A DNA stretch of 64,000 nucleotides from an uncultured archaeon. GTDB lineage: Archaea; Thermoproteota; Bathyarchaeia; Bathyarchaeales; Bathycorpusculaceae. Positions 1 to 12,703 of the stretch are shown here, in pieces (position 1 is the first letter of the stretch; every line of letters begins with the position of its first letter). The notes under the pieces are model-generated. The model was not told the origin of the DNA, did no database searches, and saw only the letters and a program-made list of their open reading frames with translations. The stretch is from the NCBI GenBank assembly GCA_963782915.1, contig CAWALK010000011.1, positions 107,929 through 171,928 on the forward strand, given 5' to 3'. Both the position numbers and the translations under genes were made by a program.

Positions 1-195
1 CACATTGCAGTCCTTGCAGGTTTCGCGTCGAAACTCGATGGGCAAACGGATTTTAGCTGCCATAGCAATACGCCGTGCAGACCCAATATATTCCGCGGCC
101 AACTTGGGATTAGCTTTAACCACCAATTTGGCTTGCTCAAAGAGTATCTCTATGCGTTGCTTAGCAATCTGCTTAATGCTGGTCTGTTTCATCAT
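1..195 (-). CDS. rnp4: Ribonuclease P protein component 4 (Rpp21), 5' part; runs off the window
   Basis: Own translation: MMKQTSIKQIAKQRIEILFEQAK...ARRIAMAAKIRLPIEFRRETCKDCN, the archaeal Rpp21 pattern with the first CxxC. Confidence 0.85.
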   Translation of the reverse strand, partial: MMKQTSIKQIAKQRIEILFEQAKLVVKANPKLAAEYIGSARRIAMAAKIRLPIEFRRETCKDCNV

Positions 196-246
196 TGTTT
201 AAACAATGCAAAAAGATGGGTTCGCTTACATAATACTTGCGCTCAA

Positions 247-1165
247 CTACGCCTGTTTTTGCGACAACTCATCTTTTAACCGCAGAAGCGCCCTATCTAA
301 GGTGAGCGGTTTGCAGTTTAGAGTTCGCTGAGCCAGTGAAGTATCAAGCGAGGAATCCATCGGGCGCTTAGCGGGCAAGGTGAACTGGGCAGATGTGACC
401 TTATCAATCAAACTCTTATCTAAGTCAAATGCGTCAGCGATTTTGGTTGCAAACTCAAAACGGCTAACCCGAGTAGCACCACAAGTATGGTAAACACCAG
501 TTCAAGCGGCGCTCAATAACTTCCAAGGTCATCTCAGCCAAATTAGTATTCAACGTAGGCGTATTCCATTGGTCCGTAATGATTTTAACGCGTTCGCCCT
601 TGCGCAGGGTTTCGATTAGCCAGAGAGCAAAATTTACTTTCCCAGCCGCAGGAGTCGAACCATAAATCACGCTGGGCCGACCGATGAAAAAATCCGATTC
701 AGCCATGTTCTGCATAACGACTGTTTCAGCTTCGAGCTTTGTGATTCCATAGTAGTTGATGGGTTCAGGCGAGTCTGATTCTACATAGCAGCCTTTTTCG
801 CCGCTAAACACGTAATCGGTTGAAATGTAAACAAGAAATGACCCCGCATTTTTTGAGGCTTCAACGATGTTTTTTGTGCCCTCAACGTTAACTCTCCAAG
901 CAAGCTCTTTGTTCATCTCACATTTATCCACATCTGTGAGAGTCGCCGCATGAACCACAACATCGGGTTTTATTGTGCGGAATGCTTCGTCAACCTGTGC
1001 TTTACCGGCAATATCCAATTTAACAAAGTTGCCATAAATCGATAAGCCTTGGATGTCGGAAGAGTAAACCTCGATGCCCCTATCTAACGCATATTTGGCA
1101 AGCTTTGACCCATAAAGGCCACTTGCACCCGTGATGAGAAGCTTCAATGAGTACCCAACTTCCAA
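247..1165 (-). CDS. rfbD: dTDP-4-dehydrorhamnose reductase (frameshift near 500)
   Basis: LITGASGLYG, STDYVF and YGITK motifs; the C-terminus SRFEFA...RPMDSSLD continues in another frame to a stop at 247. Confidence 0.9.
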
Positions 1166-2148
1166 GGTGTAGGATGCAAAATCACGTCAGTCGCAAAGGG
1201 CGTCCACCAATGCTCATTATTTAGATACCACTGCACCGTTGACTCCAATGCCTCTTCGAAGCTGGCTTTAGGAGCCCAACCCAACTCACTACGCAACTTA
1301 GTTGAATCTAAACTGTAGCGGGTATCATGCCCCGGCCTGTCCTCAACAAACGTAATCAAATCCTCAGGCTTCTTCAGTAATCCAATGATTTTTTTAACGA
1401 TATCTATGTTAGTTTTTTCGTTGCCTGCTGAGACATTATAGATTTCGCCGGGTTTGCCCTTCTCAAGCACGGTATGTATTGCTTCACAGTGGTCGGCAAC
1501 GTATATCCAGTCACGGATGTTTGTGCCTTTGCCATAGATGGGAATGGGCAAATCACGCAGGCCACGAATAACAGTTTTAGGAATTAGTTTTTCAGGAAGT
1601 TGATAGGGCCCAAAATTGTTAGTGCAGCGGGTAATGGAGACGTTTAATCCAAACGTTCTGTGGTAGGATAACACGAACATGTCGGCTGCTGCTTTAGATG
1701 CAGAGTAAGGATTAGATGGTCTAGGGGGGGTTTCTTCTGTAAAGGAGCCTTCTATTGCTTCGCCGTAGACTTCGTCGGTGGAAACCTGCAAGAGGCGGGC
1801 TTTGTGGTTGTGTCTGCGTATGGCTTCTAGAATTGTGAAGGTGCCCAAGGTGTTGTTCTGCAGAAACACGTTAGGGTCGGCGATGCTTCGATCCACATGT
1901 GTTTCTGCGGCTATGTTTACGACTGCATCCACTTGATGAATCAGCCTGTTCATCAGTTGGGGGTTGCAGATGTCGCCTTTGATGAAGGTATAGCGTTTAT
2001 CATTCTCAATATCATGCAGATTAGCCGGGTTAGCACCAATGCCTACTTTGTCAACGTTAATCAATTCATAGTCAGGGTGCTTTGCAAGAATAAACCTGCA
2101 AAAGTTGCTTCCGATGAAACCTAAACCGCCAGTAACTAACACTTTCAT
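1144..2148 (-). CDS. rfbB: dTDP-glucose 4,6-dehydratase
   Basis: VTGGLGFIGSNF, AAETHVDRSI, STDEVYG, YSASK and DRPGHD motifs. Confidence 0.95.
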   Translation of the reverse strand: MKVLVTGGLGFIGSNFCRFILAKHPDYELINVDKVGIGANPANLHDIENDKRYTFIKGDICNPQLMNRLIHQVDAVVNIAAETHVDRSIADPNVFLQNNTLGTFTILEAIRRHNHKARLLQVSTDEVYGEAIEGSFTEETPPRPSNPYSASKAAADMFVLSYHRTFGLNVSITRCTNNFGPYQLPEKLIPKTVIRGLRDLPIPIYGKGTNIRDWIYVADHCEAIHTVLEKGKPGEIYNVSAGNEKTNIDIVKKIIGLLKKPEDLITFVEDRPGHDTRYSLDSTKLRSELGWAPKASFEEALESTVQWYLNNEHWWTPFATDVILHPTPWKLGTH

Positions 2149-2162
2149 ACTTTATCACTCAT

Positions 2163-2666
2163 TTATGGGGTGGATAATTCCAATCCCAAACTTGATTAAT
2201 ACGCCAATCATTTTTTCTGCCATTAATTATTCGTGGAATGAGTGTTGGATCATCCCATGCACGACGTTCCTCATCAGGGTCCTCTGGGTTATAGAGGTTT
2301 GTTGTGAAATATAAGCAGCATCGCAGGTTCGTTGCCTACTGCTTTGAATCCATGCCAGTAATGCCCAGGCATGCGTACGACCTGCAAATCTGAACCACTA
2401 GAAACCACTTCATTTAGTTCAGCGGTTCTATCGTCGAATGCACAGATTTTAATCGTGCCCTTAAGGGCTAAGAAATAATCCACTTGTCCCCGAAGGTGAC
2501 GATGCCAAGCGCGGATAACATCAGGATAAGTAAACGAATGATTAGCCTGCGCAATCTTGTCTTCTCCAAAGAGGTCCATCCAGTCAGTACGCATGACTTC
2601 ACAGAAGAAGCCTCTATCGTCGACAAAACGTTTTATCGGTTTAACTTTTATTCCATCCAACATCAA
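2163..2666 (-). CDS. rfbC: dTDP-4-dehydrorhamnose 3,5-epimerase (frameshift near 2310)
   Basis: DDRGFF, RAWHRH and WHGF cupin motifs; the C-terminus YNPEDPDEERR is in a shifted frame. Confidence 0.9.
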
Positions 2667-2726
2667 GTTATCCTGCCTGCTGTCAAATATTATTTAAAAT
2701 ATTTATAATATTCCCCAATTTAGCTC

Positions 2727-3785
2727 TTATACTTCAAGCTCCGAGTAATCGCCAACATGCAACTTTATAGTTCTGTTGCGTGGGTTACGGGATACCTTAG
2801 CGTTTTTGCCGATTAAACTATCCTCAAGCCGCTCAATATCCTTAATTGTAACGCAGTCTTGAACAACGCAGTATTCAATGTTGGAGTTGCAGACTTTGGA
2901 GCCATTTCCAATGCTTGTATAGGGTCCAACAAAGGAGTTCTCAATCAAGACATTCTTGCCAATCACACATGGACCTCTAATGGTGCTGTTTATGATTTGT
3001 GCTTCAGCCTCCACTTTAACTCGTCCATCCAATGTGCTGTTAGTAACCGTGCCTTTAACATCATATTGAATGTATTCGTCAAGGATTCTGGCGTTGGCAG
3101 ATAGGATGTCGTCTTTTTTGCCTGTATCCAGCCACCAGGAGTTGAGGATTTCAGCTTTAACAGTGAAGCCCATGTTAATCATTTCTTGGATTGCATCGGT
3201 TATTTCAAGTTCTCCACGCCAGGAGGGCTTAATTCGCTCGATAGCCTCATGAACTTTGTTAGAGAACAAATATGTGCCGATTATAGCGAGGTTACCCATG
3301 GGTGTCTTTGGCTTCTCTACAAGCCGTATGATGTTGCCTTTTTCATCAAGCTGAGCAATACCAAAGGCGGATGGATTATCAACCTCTTTTAGGATAATAA
3401 GCGCATCAAGATGCTCATTTTCAAACTTCTTAACAAACGCGTCAAGTCCTTGGCCGACCACGTTGTCGCCTAAACACATAACAAAAGAATCTTGCCCCAA
3501 AAACTTTTTAGCAGTTTTAACTGCATGCGCCAAACCCAATGGTTCCTGGGGAATATAACAAACATTCATGTTCCAATTTGAACCGTCGCCGACATATTCT
3601 TCGACGAAGTGTCCTGTCTCATGAGCGGTTATGATACCTACATTTTTTATGGTTGTTGCTGCGACTTGGTCTAGAACGTATCCTAGGACGGGTTTGTTTG
3701 CTACTGGTATGAGTTGTTTTGCGCAGGTGAAAGTTAAGGGTCTTAGCCGTGTTCCTTTACCGCCGCTGAGTACAAGCGCTTTCAT
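2727..3785 (-). CDS. rfbA: Glucose-1-phosphate thymidylyltransferase (long form)
   Basis: LSGGKGTRLRPLT, EKP and RGELEITDA motifs plus a C-terminal hexapeptide-repeat region. Confidence 0.95.
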   Translation of the reverse strand: MKALVLSGGKGTRLRPLTFTCAKQLIPVANKPVLGYVLDQVAATTIKNVGIITAHETGHFVEEYVGDGSNWNMNVCYIPQEPLGLAHAVKTAKKFLGQDSFVMCLGDNVVGQGLDAFVKKFENEHLDALIILKEVDNPSAFGIAQLDEKGNIIRLVEKPKTPMGNLAIIGTYLFSNKVHEAIERIKPSWRGELEITDAIQEMINMGFTVKAEILNSWWLDTGKKDDILSANARILDEYIQYDVKGTVTNSTLDGRVKVEAEAQIINSTIRGPCVIGKNVLIENSFVGPYTSIGNGSKVCNSNIEYCVVQDCVTIKDIERLEDSLIGKNAKVSRNPRNRTIKLHVGDYSELEV

Positions 3786-3916
3786 AGTTATCCCATACTT
3801 TAGTGGTAGTGACTTAGTATTATCGTTTATCCCACGCGTAGAATGTTAGTGAATAATTGTTGTAGCGTAACTACAGTCACATAATTGTATTAACTCTTCA
3901 AACAATAACTTTTGTC

Positions 3917-4132
3917 ATGCGCTCCCCCGCCATTAAAGGTGAGATTATGAAAAAAACCTTTTTTATGCCTAGTTTAGCAAACAGAAAAGGGAAATGCAAA
4001 TTCACCCGATCATGCGGTCTATACTCAAACGCAAGTTATACCTGCACGCATACGGGTGGAAGTTACTGCGGTAAATACAGAAAACTCAGTCGACAAATTG
4101 AGACCGAATGCGAAGTCAAACAAGACCTTTGA
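3917..4132 (+). CDS. Small Cys-rich hypothetical protein
   Basis: CKFTRSCGLY...TC...GGSYCGKYR; four Cys; TATA-like sequence upstream. Confidence 0.55.
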   Translation: MRSPAIKGEIMKKTFFMPSLANRKGKCKFTRSCGLYSNASYTCTHTGGSYCGKYRKLSRQIETECEVKQDL

Positions 4133-4181
4133 TAGAAATTCCCATATAACTTATGTTTTAACTTTTTTTCGATTCATTTTG

Positions 4182-5760
4182 TTATTTAGATTTAGGCATT
4201 AATTTCTCAAGCAAGTTAAGAATAGCAGTTAAGGGTTTACGTAATGGACCTAGGCCGCCTACAATCTCGCGTACATTGGCTAAGTCGTTTCTGTTTATGG
4301 TTCTTGTAACTATTATTGCAAGCAAGAATATGATTACAAATGCAACTACGCCGATGATTAAGCGTATTGGGCTGCTAAATGGCACCCAAGATACGACAAG
4401 ATACGTTAAAACGCCGGCTATTGCTGAGGAGATTAAGATTTTTGCGGATGCAACCCAATCCAGTGATACGCCATAGCGTTTCTTTATGAAGGCTATGCTC
4501 CATAGTAAACTTGGGACGCCGACAATTATTGTTGTGACGATTAATCCTATGATGCCGAATTGTGAAGTTAGGATAAAGCTTAAGGGAAAGCCTATGGCGA
4601 CAGGTTAGGATGGCGAGTTTTAGGTTGAATTTTGTGTCTCCTTGACTGTTGATTAGGTTGCCAGTGCTGAGGTTTCCGAGGGCTGAGAATAAGTAAGTAA
4701 TCGATAGTAAGGCAAGGAATAGTGGTGCTTGGGTGTAATCGGTCTTTGAATATGGTGCTGATTGCTGGTTGAGCTAGCGCCATGATCATTACTGAGACGG
4801 GTACGACTAAGAGCGCTGCGTACTTGACTGAGTATTGGAAAACGCTTTTGAGGACTGGTTGCGTCTTTTCGGTAATCGAGTTTTGAGAAGGCTGGTAGCA
4901 GCATTGTTGTTACGGGTGTGGCGAAGAATGTTATGAGGACTACGAAGTTTGTGGCGACTGAGTAGTTGCCGATTATGCTGTTTTCGGTGATAAAGATTGC
5001 CATGATGTAGCCGTAGAATTGGGTTAGAAAGCCGGTTATGATGGCGCCGATGGATATGGGTAAGCCGTATTTTAGCATGGTTTTTATGGTTTTTATTATT
5101 GGGAGTTTGCCGTCTGTGGATTTTGGTAGGGATCGGTACATTGTGTATACGAGTAGGATGCCGGTTATGCCTGCTACTATGAGGGCGATGGAGAATCCGG
5201 TTACTGCGCCTAGGGTTCCTAAGCCTAGTAAGTACGAGGCCGATTATTAGGCCTGTTTTTACTATGGATTGGATTATGAGCATGATGCTGTTTAGGTGCA
5301 TTCTTTCTAGGCCTGTGAAGGCGGCGGATGCAGTGTTGACGAGTGCGCCTGTTAGTATGAATAGGGATGTTATTTGGATGAGTTGGGCTATTTCTGGGCG
5401 TTGGAAGATGTCTGCTAGGAAGCCGGAGATGGCTATGGAGAAGAGGGTTAGGGCGAGTCCGAGGATTAGTTCGAAGGCTAAGCCGGAGACGAGTATGCTT
5501 CTGATTTTTTCTGTGTCGTTTTGGTGGTTGTATTGGGCGCTGTATTTGACCATGGCTGTGGTGATGCCCCAGTCTCTGAAGGTGGCGATGAGGTTGGGTG
5601 CGCCTATGGCGATTGTGTAGAGGCCCATGTTGTCTGCGCCTAGGAATATTGCGATGAGGATGGTGCCGATGGATGAGATGACTGTGGATAGGACGAGTCC
5701 CCAGAGTAGGTGGAAGCCGCCTTTTGCTGATACTTTGGCCATTTCGGATGCGTTTGCCAT
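4182..5760 (-). CDS. Polysaccharide flippase (Wzx/MOP family), split by several indels
   Basis: ORF pieces 4807-5760, 4653-5141 and 4182-4385 are multi-TM, with DWGITTAMVKY and LLPAFSKL motifs; lies next to the rfb operon. Confidence 0.8.
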
Positions 5761-6133
5761 GGTCTTTCTTCTTTGTTGTTTTATTTGTTGGTGGTGTGGT
5801 GGTGTTTATCGGTTGTGGTTTGGGTGTGTTGTTTGGTGGGTGTGGGGGGTCGGTTAGGTTTTGGGGTGTGGTTTTTGTTTTGTGTGGTTGTGGGTGGCGT
5901 AGGTTTCTGCAGTTTGGGTTGTGTTTTGGGTTGCTTTTTTGGTTTGGGGCTTTTTTGTTTGGTTATTTGGTTGTGGGAGGCATTATTTTTTGCCACAAGT
6001 ATGTTGGTTTGGTTGTGTGTGGTTGTGGGTGTATGTTGGGTTTGTTATTTTTGGGTGTAGAGTATTTGGCGGTTGGACTTGGTTTGCTCTAATTGTGGGC
6101 TAAATAGTAGTGGGGTAAATGGAAAGTAGGTGA

Positions 6134-7045
<912 letters not shown>

Positions 7046-7163
7046 GCGCCCGCCATCACCGCTTTAACTCTAAAAGGCGTTGAATAGTTTGCAAAGGTTT
7101 TCGCTTGTTCGATAGTTGCCGTTTGTGAGTGTTTGTCGGAAAAAAAAGCAGTATATTCTGTTT

Positions 7164-7669
7164 TTATTCCATGTTGATATTGCCGTTATCATCTATTCGG
7201 GCTACTTCCCAAGTGTATTTGTAAGTAGTCAACTGCTTTTTTGATTTGTTTTCTGATTGGAGAGAGCGTTGCGCATTGTTCTCTGGCTAAGAGAAGTATC
7301 TCGCTGATTTCCTCTTCGTTTGCCATACCGTTGAATGCGATGAAGTCAATTGGATTGAAAATAGGTTTGATGTCGAAGGGATTGATTTTTAGCTTCTTTA
7401 GCGAGGGGCATATTACTTTGTAGAATGCCCTTTCAGCTTCTTTACGGCCTTTTTCTACAGCTTCTTGCCTTAGTTTCTGTGCTTTTTCTTGAAACTCTTT
7501 TTCCTTGGCGGCTAGTTTTTTGTGATTCATTGTCGTATTCGTCGAGCCAAGTTTTTTCGGCTTTAGCTTTTGATTTTAAGCGTAAGTCTGAGACTCTTTT
7601 TATTTCGCCGCAACAGGGGCAAATTACGAGTACTTTTCTGAAGAGTTGGTATTCTTCAAAGGCGCTCAT
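7164..7669 (-). CDS. Holliday junction resolvase-like paralog (Endonuc_Holl-like), frameshifted, catalytic ExK motif absent
   Basis: N-terminal CPCC; IFNPIDFIAFNGM aligns with GDPIDMLIFNGL of the neighbouring gene. Confidence 0.65.
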
Positions 7670-8149
7670 TTATTTGAACACTCCATACGATACTTTGTGG
7701 TCTTGGATTGCGTCTCGGATGGATTTCTGGTGACCGTTTAGTCGTGCTGCTCCGCTTTTGACTTCAACGAAGCTTAAGGAATCCACTTTTCCGTTTGATA
7801 AGCCGTTGAATATTAGCATGTCTATGGGGTCACCTAATACTTTGGTGTCCGGTACAATCCATTTGAAGTCTTTTGCTACTGGCAAGACTTTTTCTAAGTT
7901 TTTACCAATGTTTACGGCGGTAGCTGTTTTTTGGGCTTTTTCAGTTGCTAACTTAAAGTTTTTTTCTAATTCTTTAGCTCGGTCAGTAATTGATTGTTTA
8001 AGTTCTTCTTGTTTTTTCAAGGCTTCTTTTGGAAAGGGTTTAGTTCCGTCAAAAAGGATAGCGTCGGCTATTCTGAATTCTTCGCCACAAGGGCATTCAG
8101 CAAAAAGTTCAGAAGCTTTTAGATTTTTCATTAATTCACTAGTTTTCAT
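7670..8149 (-). CDS. Holliday junction resolvase-like PD-(D/E)XK endonuclease (Endonuc_Holl family)
   Basis: GKNLEKVLP, LGDPIDMLIFNGL and FVEVKSG...LNGHQKSIRDAI motifs. Confidence 0.8.
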   Translation of the reverse strand: MKTSELMKNLKASELFAECPCGEEFRIADAILFDGTKPFPKEALKKQEELKQSITDRAKELEKNFKLATEKAQKTATAVNIGKNLEKVLPVAKDFKWIVPDTKVLGDPIDMLIFNGLSNGKVDSLSFVEVKSGAARLNGHQKSIRDAIQDHKVSYGVFK

Positions 8150-8475
8150 TGCTTGCTTCCCTGATTGGAGCTATCTTGGTGGGTTTAGTTTTAAAATTAT
8201 TGGTAATCCGCTTGTATGAACCAGATCGCTCAGAAATTAGATAGCCAACCCCGTAATTGCTTAAGTGTTAAATATAACTAGCCGTCGAAGGCGGTTGTTG
8301 GGTGAGAAGCGCCTGTGAGGTGCTAAATTCTGTTTTAGGTTGTAGGTAAATTTTAACACTATTCCAGTGTAGGATTTAGTGCTTTAGAATGAATAGACTC
8401 ACCCGTAATCCGTTCAGAAATCAAATAGCCGACTCCGCAATCCCTGCTTTAGTGAGCATTGAGTACATTTTAGAA

Positions 8476-9918
8476 CTATTTTTTTACTACAATTTGCGGA
8501 TAACGACAAGCCTTCATAAGATATTCATCAATATACCTTGCGGCTTTTCTCCCTGAACCCATAGCGCTAATAACAGTAGCTTCACCGGTCGCAATATCGC
8601 CGCCTGCATATATCCCCGTGTGACTTGTTTGAGTTGTTTCATCTTCAGTTATTATGATTCCCCCATCTTTAACACCAATACCCTTTGTGAAGCCTTGAAC
8701 TATAGAGTTAGGCTTTCTTCCGATAGCAACTGCTACAAAATCCACGTCAATAATTTTTTCAGAACTTTCAACTGGAATCGGTTTTCGCCGCCCAGAACTA
8801 TCAGGTTCGCCAAGCGTCATTTGGACGTATTCCATATGTTTAACATGCCCCTCTTCATCAGCAATAAATCGTGTAGGTAGACTCAAAAATTTGAAGTCTA
8901 TCCCCTCTTCTTCTGCATTTTCAATTTCTTCCTTTCTTGCAGGTAATTCATCACGAGAGCGACGATAAAAAATTGAAACTTTTTCAGTTCCTAATCTTAG
9001 AGCCATTCTAGCCGCATCAATAGCCACATTGCCTCCACCTATAACCACCGCCTTCTTTCCCACCGCGATTGTTTTAAATTCTTGACAGTTATAAAAAAGA
9101 TCAAGATTCACATACATGAGAAAATCATTTGCGGGATAAATACCTCTAAGATTTTCTCCAGGTATTCCCAGAGTTTGCGGTATTCCTGCACCTGCTCCTA
9201 TAAAAACTGCGTCAAATCCCTCTTTAATTAGCGTTTCCGCAGCTGAGATTTTTGCTATCTGTAGATTTGTGTAAATTTTAACGCCTAAATCTTGGATTCT
9301 CTTAACTTCTCTTTTTATGATATACTTAGGTAATCTAAATTCAGGTATTCCATAAGCAAGAACGCCACCAGCGACAGGTAGGGCTTCAAAAATGACTACT
9401 TCATGACCAAATTTTGCTAAATTTGCTGCAACTGTTAGTCCAGATGGTCCTGATCCAATTATGGCTACTTTTTTTCCTGTGGATAGTGCAGGTCTTATCG
9501 AATAATTATCTATCTGTTTATCAGCTTCTAAATCGGCTACAAATCTTTCGAGTCTGCCAATCTGAACTGCACAGCTTTTTTTTGCCATTAGACAAGACTT
9601 TTGTCATTGTTCTTCTTAAGGACAGATACGGCAACTAATAATCGGAAAACTGCTCTTTTCTTTAATTTTTTTTAGGGCTTGGTCATATTTTTTTTCTTTG
9701 ACTAACCTGATAAATCCAGGAACGTTGATACCAACAGGGCAGCCTTTTGAACACTGAGGATTAGAACAAAGAAGACATCTTGAAGCTTCCTTTTGGGCTT
9801 GCTGTTCCGAGTAGCCCAAAGCAACTTCTTCAAAATTACAGATTCTTTTCTGAGCCTGCTGTTTTGGCATATCGATGCTATGCCAACGGTCTTGAGCTGC
9901 TTTATTCTCTATACTCAT
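8476..9918 (-). CDS. GltD/SudA/NfnB-like NADPH-dependent Fe-S flavoprotein (frameshift near 9610)
   Basis: RCLLC..PQCSKGCP and RICP Fe-S motifs; GSGPSG, GGGNVAID and GGDIATG motifs. Confidence 0.88.
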
Positions 9919-10334
9919 CCCTAATTTTTTACTCCCAGAGTTTTAGGGTATACTAGTGGTTAAGTTATCATTACAATAAAGATTTTTCTATTATTAACTT
10001 AATTAGCATGCCATTTTTAAATACGGAGTTTCTTAAAAACCTGAAAAGATGTTTTTTCCTAAGGCTGAGACGGCGACTTTATTTAAAATACTTTGCCAAT
10101 TATAAAAAGTTGAATTACCGTTTTAAGGGTGTGATAACTGGTAAGGAAACGGTTTAGGTTCCATGTTAGCCGTCGCATACAGCAAGCGCAATACTCTAAG
10201 AACATCGTCAATTGCCTGGAAAAGGTAAACGGTTTACCGCTCTAAATGGCGCTAGTTATTCGGATAAGATAAGCGATTAATAAAAAAATTAAGGGAAGCC
10301 GCCAAAATGTGGCGCTTCTATTGGATTGGTTAAT

Positions 10335-10460
10335 TTAGGAATCGATTAAGTGTGCTGTGCCGTCGGGGCAGAAGACTTTGTCGCCTAAATTTGCTTTGCC
10401 AAAACGTCGCTTGCATTCAGACATCATTTGAGAGCAGCCATCACAATCTCGTGATAACAT
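10335..10460 (-). CDS. 41-aa Cys-rich microprotein
   Basis: Own translation MLSRDCDGCSQMMSECKRRFGKANLGDKVFCPDGTAHLIDS; upstream GAGGTG ribosome-binding site. Confidence 0.55.
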   Translation of the reverse strand: MLSRDCDGCSQMMSECKRRFGKANLGDKVFCPDGTAHLIDS

Positions 10461-10872
10461 TTTATTTCTAAACACCTCTCTATTTATTAAATCTTGCATA
10501 TGTGAAGGCCAAAGAAATAAAGCTTCTGACTTTTTTCCAAAAAAGTACCCGATGCTTTAGCGTTCACCAGAATTATATATTACCTTTAACAATCATCACG
10601 GGGGAAAAATATGGGAAGATTGAGAGGCTTATCCATAAGAATAAATGGGTTTTTTTACAAATGCGAATACACAAAGAAATGTGATAAAACAACAATACAG
10701 TGCTCACATGGCGGCAATAGCTATTGTGGAGAATACCACAGAAAAGTAATAAGCAGTTAATGCTAACGAGATGGATGAAAAAACTTCAAACGCTACTATC
10801 ATGCAATAGCAGCTTCTGTTATAGTGTTGATGAGGAATTACCCACAGCGTTCTAGGTACACATGAAGGCCGT

Positions 10873-11214
10873 TCAGATGCCAGGTCCTTCGAGCAAATCT
10901 TTGATTTGAGCGTAAACCTCAAGAAACTGGTATCCTTTTGTTGTTATTATATACTTACCGTTCTTTTTATCAAGTAAACCCTGTCTTGTTAGGGGCGTCA
11001 TCATTTTTTTTAGTTGGGAATAATTGAGGTTAGCGTTATACATAATGCTGGTTTGGGTTTTTTGCTCCCTGCAGAAAAGCAAGATTTCACCCATAACGTC
11101 GAGTTGTCCCCTTCTTGCGCCTTTAGAGAAATTCCAGCCTATTTCATGTTTCAGAAGCATATGAGTGAGCGCGCCTGAATTAAACTCTGAATTTCTCTGT
11201 TGAATAATTGTCAA
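10873..11214 (-). CDS. Winged helix-turn-helix regulator (archaeal HTH_45-like)
   Basis: RRGQLDVMGEIL...TSIMYNANLNY...YIITTKGYQFL. Confidence 0.8.
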   Translation of the reverse strand: MTIIQQRNSEFNSGALTHMLLKHEIGWNFSKGARRGQLDVMGEILLFCREQKTQTSIMYNANLNYSQLKKMMTPLTRQGLLDKKNGKYIITTKGYQFLEVYAQIKDLLEGPGI

Positions 11215-11431
11215 GTTACCCTTTCCTTAGTTTTAATCTCTAAGGGCGCTCTTATGATTCATAAACAAATGTGACTGTGCATGAACAATAACAGAGCACT
11301 CACTTGATCATATGTCACAACAGAACATAGACAGATTCTATCTTTGTGCGTTTTCGCTTTTGCGGTTGTCTGGCTACAGTCACATACGCTTAAGAACAGT
11401 CTACCGCTCTCTAACTATTCAGGTGAAAATA

Positions 11432-11614
11432 ATGAGCAACAAAGAACCCCATAAACCTCACACATTAGGTGCACCGTCATCTCAAGAAGTTCCCATAGGT
11501 GGAGTTAAACCCAATCAAGTTCCTTGCCCAGACTGCGGCAAAACTTTCAAGACTAACTCGGAAATGGAGAGGCATCGAGAAACAACGCATCATGAATTAA
11601 AAGGTCACGAGTAA
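11432..11614 (+). CDS. Small C2H2 zinc-finger protein
   Basis: CPDCGKTFKTNSEMERHRETTH; probable start MSNKEP after a GGTGA ribosome-binding site. Confidence 0.7.
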   Translation: MSNKEPHKPHTLGAPSSQEVPIGGVKPNQVPCPDCGKTFKTNSEMERHRETTHHELKGHE

Positions 11615-11752
11615 AAACCCTGTGCTGGTTGCTTCCAACATGGCCCTTAACGGATCCTAATTTTTTCGGACGTTTTTTGTGTTTTTTGCATTTTGGCTAT
11701 TTGGTAAATTGTTTAATAGGTAAGTTGATTGTCTTCTTATGGGTAACAGTCT

Positions 11753-12610
11753 ATGTCTAAAATAGTGATAACAAAGGGAACCCTACTTCTTGTGATATTG
11801 GTGTCAGCCTTAATTTCAGGAGTCACCGCTGCAAGTATTTCAACCCTAGTTAAAAATTCCCAAAGCTTGCAGTCGACAACCGGTGCAACAGGTGTCAATG
11901 GCACAACAGGTTTAACAGGATCAAGAGGAGAAATAGGCGCAACCGGCCCAACTGGACCTATTGGACCAACGGGAGCAACTGGTCCCACAGGCGTAAAAGG
12001 AGATACAGGCGCTACAGGAACTAACGGTGCAACTTGGCTCACTGGAACAGGCGCACCGCCACCAAGCTTAGGCACAAATAACGACTTTTATTTCGATACT
12101 GCAAGCAGTGATGTATACAACAAGGCTTCCGATGTCTGGGTAAAAGTGTCAAACTTGAGAGGTGCAACCGGTCTAACAGGAGTTAAAGGTGATACGGGAC
12201 AGCAAGGTCGACCAGGAGCGACAGTGACTAATTACACAAACATAGGATATGTTGGTATGCTAAGTTATGCTGGCAGTAACATTGGTAATGTTGCTATAAC
12301 GGCACCCGTAAACGGTAGCATTCACATAACGTTAACCGGCTATGTTCAGATGTTTAAGAATAATTCTTGCTTATTCGGTATTGGTTCAAACCTTGGGCTC
12401 ACTGATTTAGATGTAACGTATGCTGGAATATCTACCGCAGGTTCAACATCTGAGCAGACGATGTATAGCCTCATGTCACAAGCTGTTGTTCCGGTTACAG
12501 AGGGTAATACGTATGTGTTTTATGCGTCTGGATATAAGTGGGATTTTGATGACAGTGCGGCCATGACTCTTAATAGCGTAAAATTAACAGCCGTGTTTTC
12601 AGAACGATAA
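11753..12610 (+). CDS. Secreted collagen-like protein
   Basis: N-terminal hydrophobic segment, Gly-X-Thr triplets ([19 protein letters not shown]) and a C-terminal beta-rich domain. Confidence 0.8.
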   Translation: MSKIVITKGTLLLVILVSALISGVTAASISTLVKNSQSLQSTTGATGVNGTTGLTGSRGEIGATGPTGPIGPTGATGPTGVKGDTGATGTNGATWLTGTGAPPPSLGTNNDFYFDTASSDVYNKASDVWVKVSNLRGATGLTGVKGDTGQQGRPGATVTNYTNIGYVGMLSYAGSNIGNVAITAPVNGSIHITLTGYVQMFKNNSCLFGIGSNLGLTDLDVTYAGISTAGSTSEQTMYSLMSQAVVPVTEGNTYVFYASGYKWDFDDSAAMTLNSVKLTAVFSER

Positions 12611-12703
12611 TTCAATTCCTATTGTCGAACCCCTTTTTGGGGGATAGTTGAAAATACTCAAAGTCTCCCTTTATTATTATGAAAGTTCGCAAAAGCTTTG
12701 CTA

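Noticed and set aside
5-202. 65-aa plus-strand ORF
   Set aside because: Antisense shadow of rnp4; many other short ORFs in the track are similar shadows of real genes.
5724-6103. Hydrophobic V/G/C/W-rich ORFs and the K/Q/T/P-rich antisense ORF
   Set aside because: By-products of extreme GT strand skew upstream of the flippase; no motif or coherent start context.
7046-7055. attL partner of the tRNA-Arg site
   Set aside because: The match is only ~9 bp and is in inverted orientation relative to the tRNA at 62995; att sites are direct repeats.
11737-12075. PV-repeat protein on the minus strand
   Set aside because: Antisense of the collagen Gly-X-Thr repeats.
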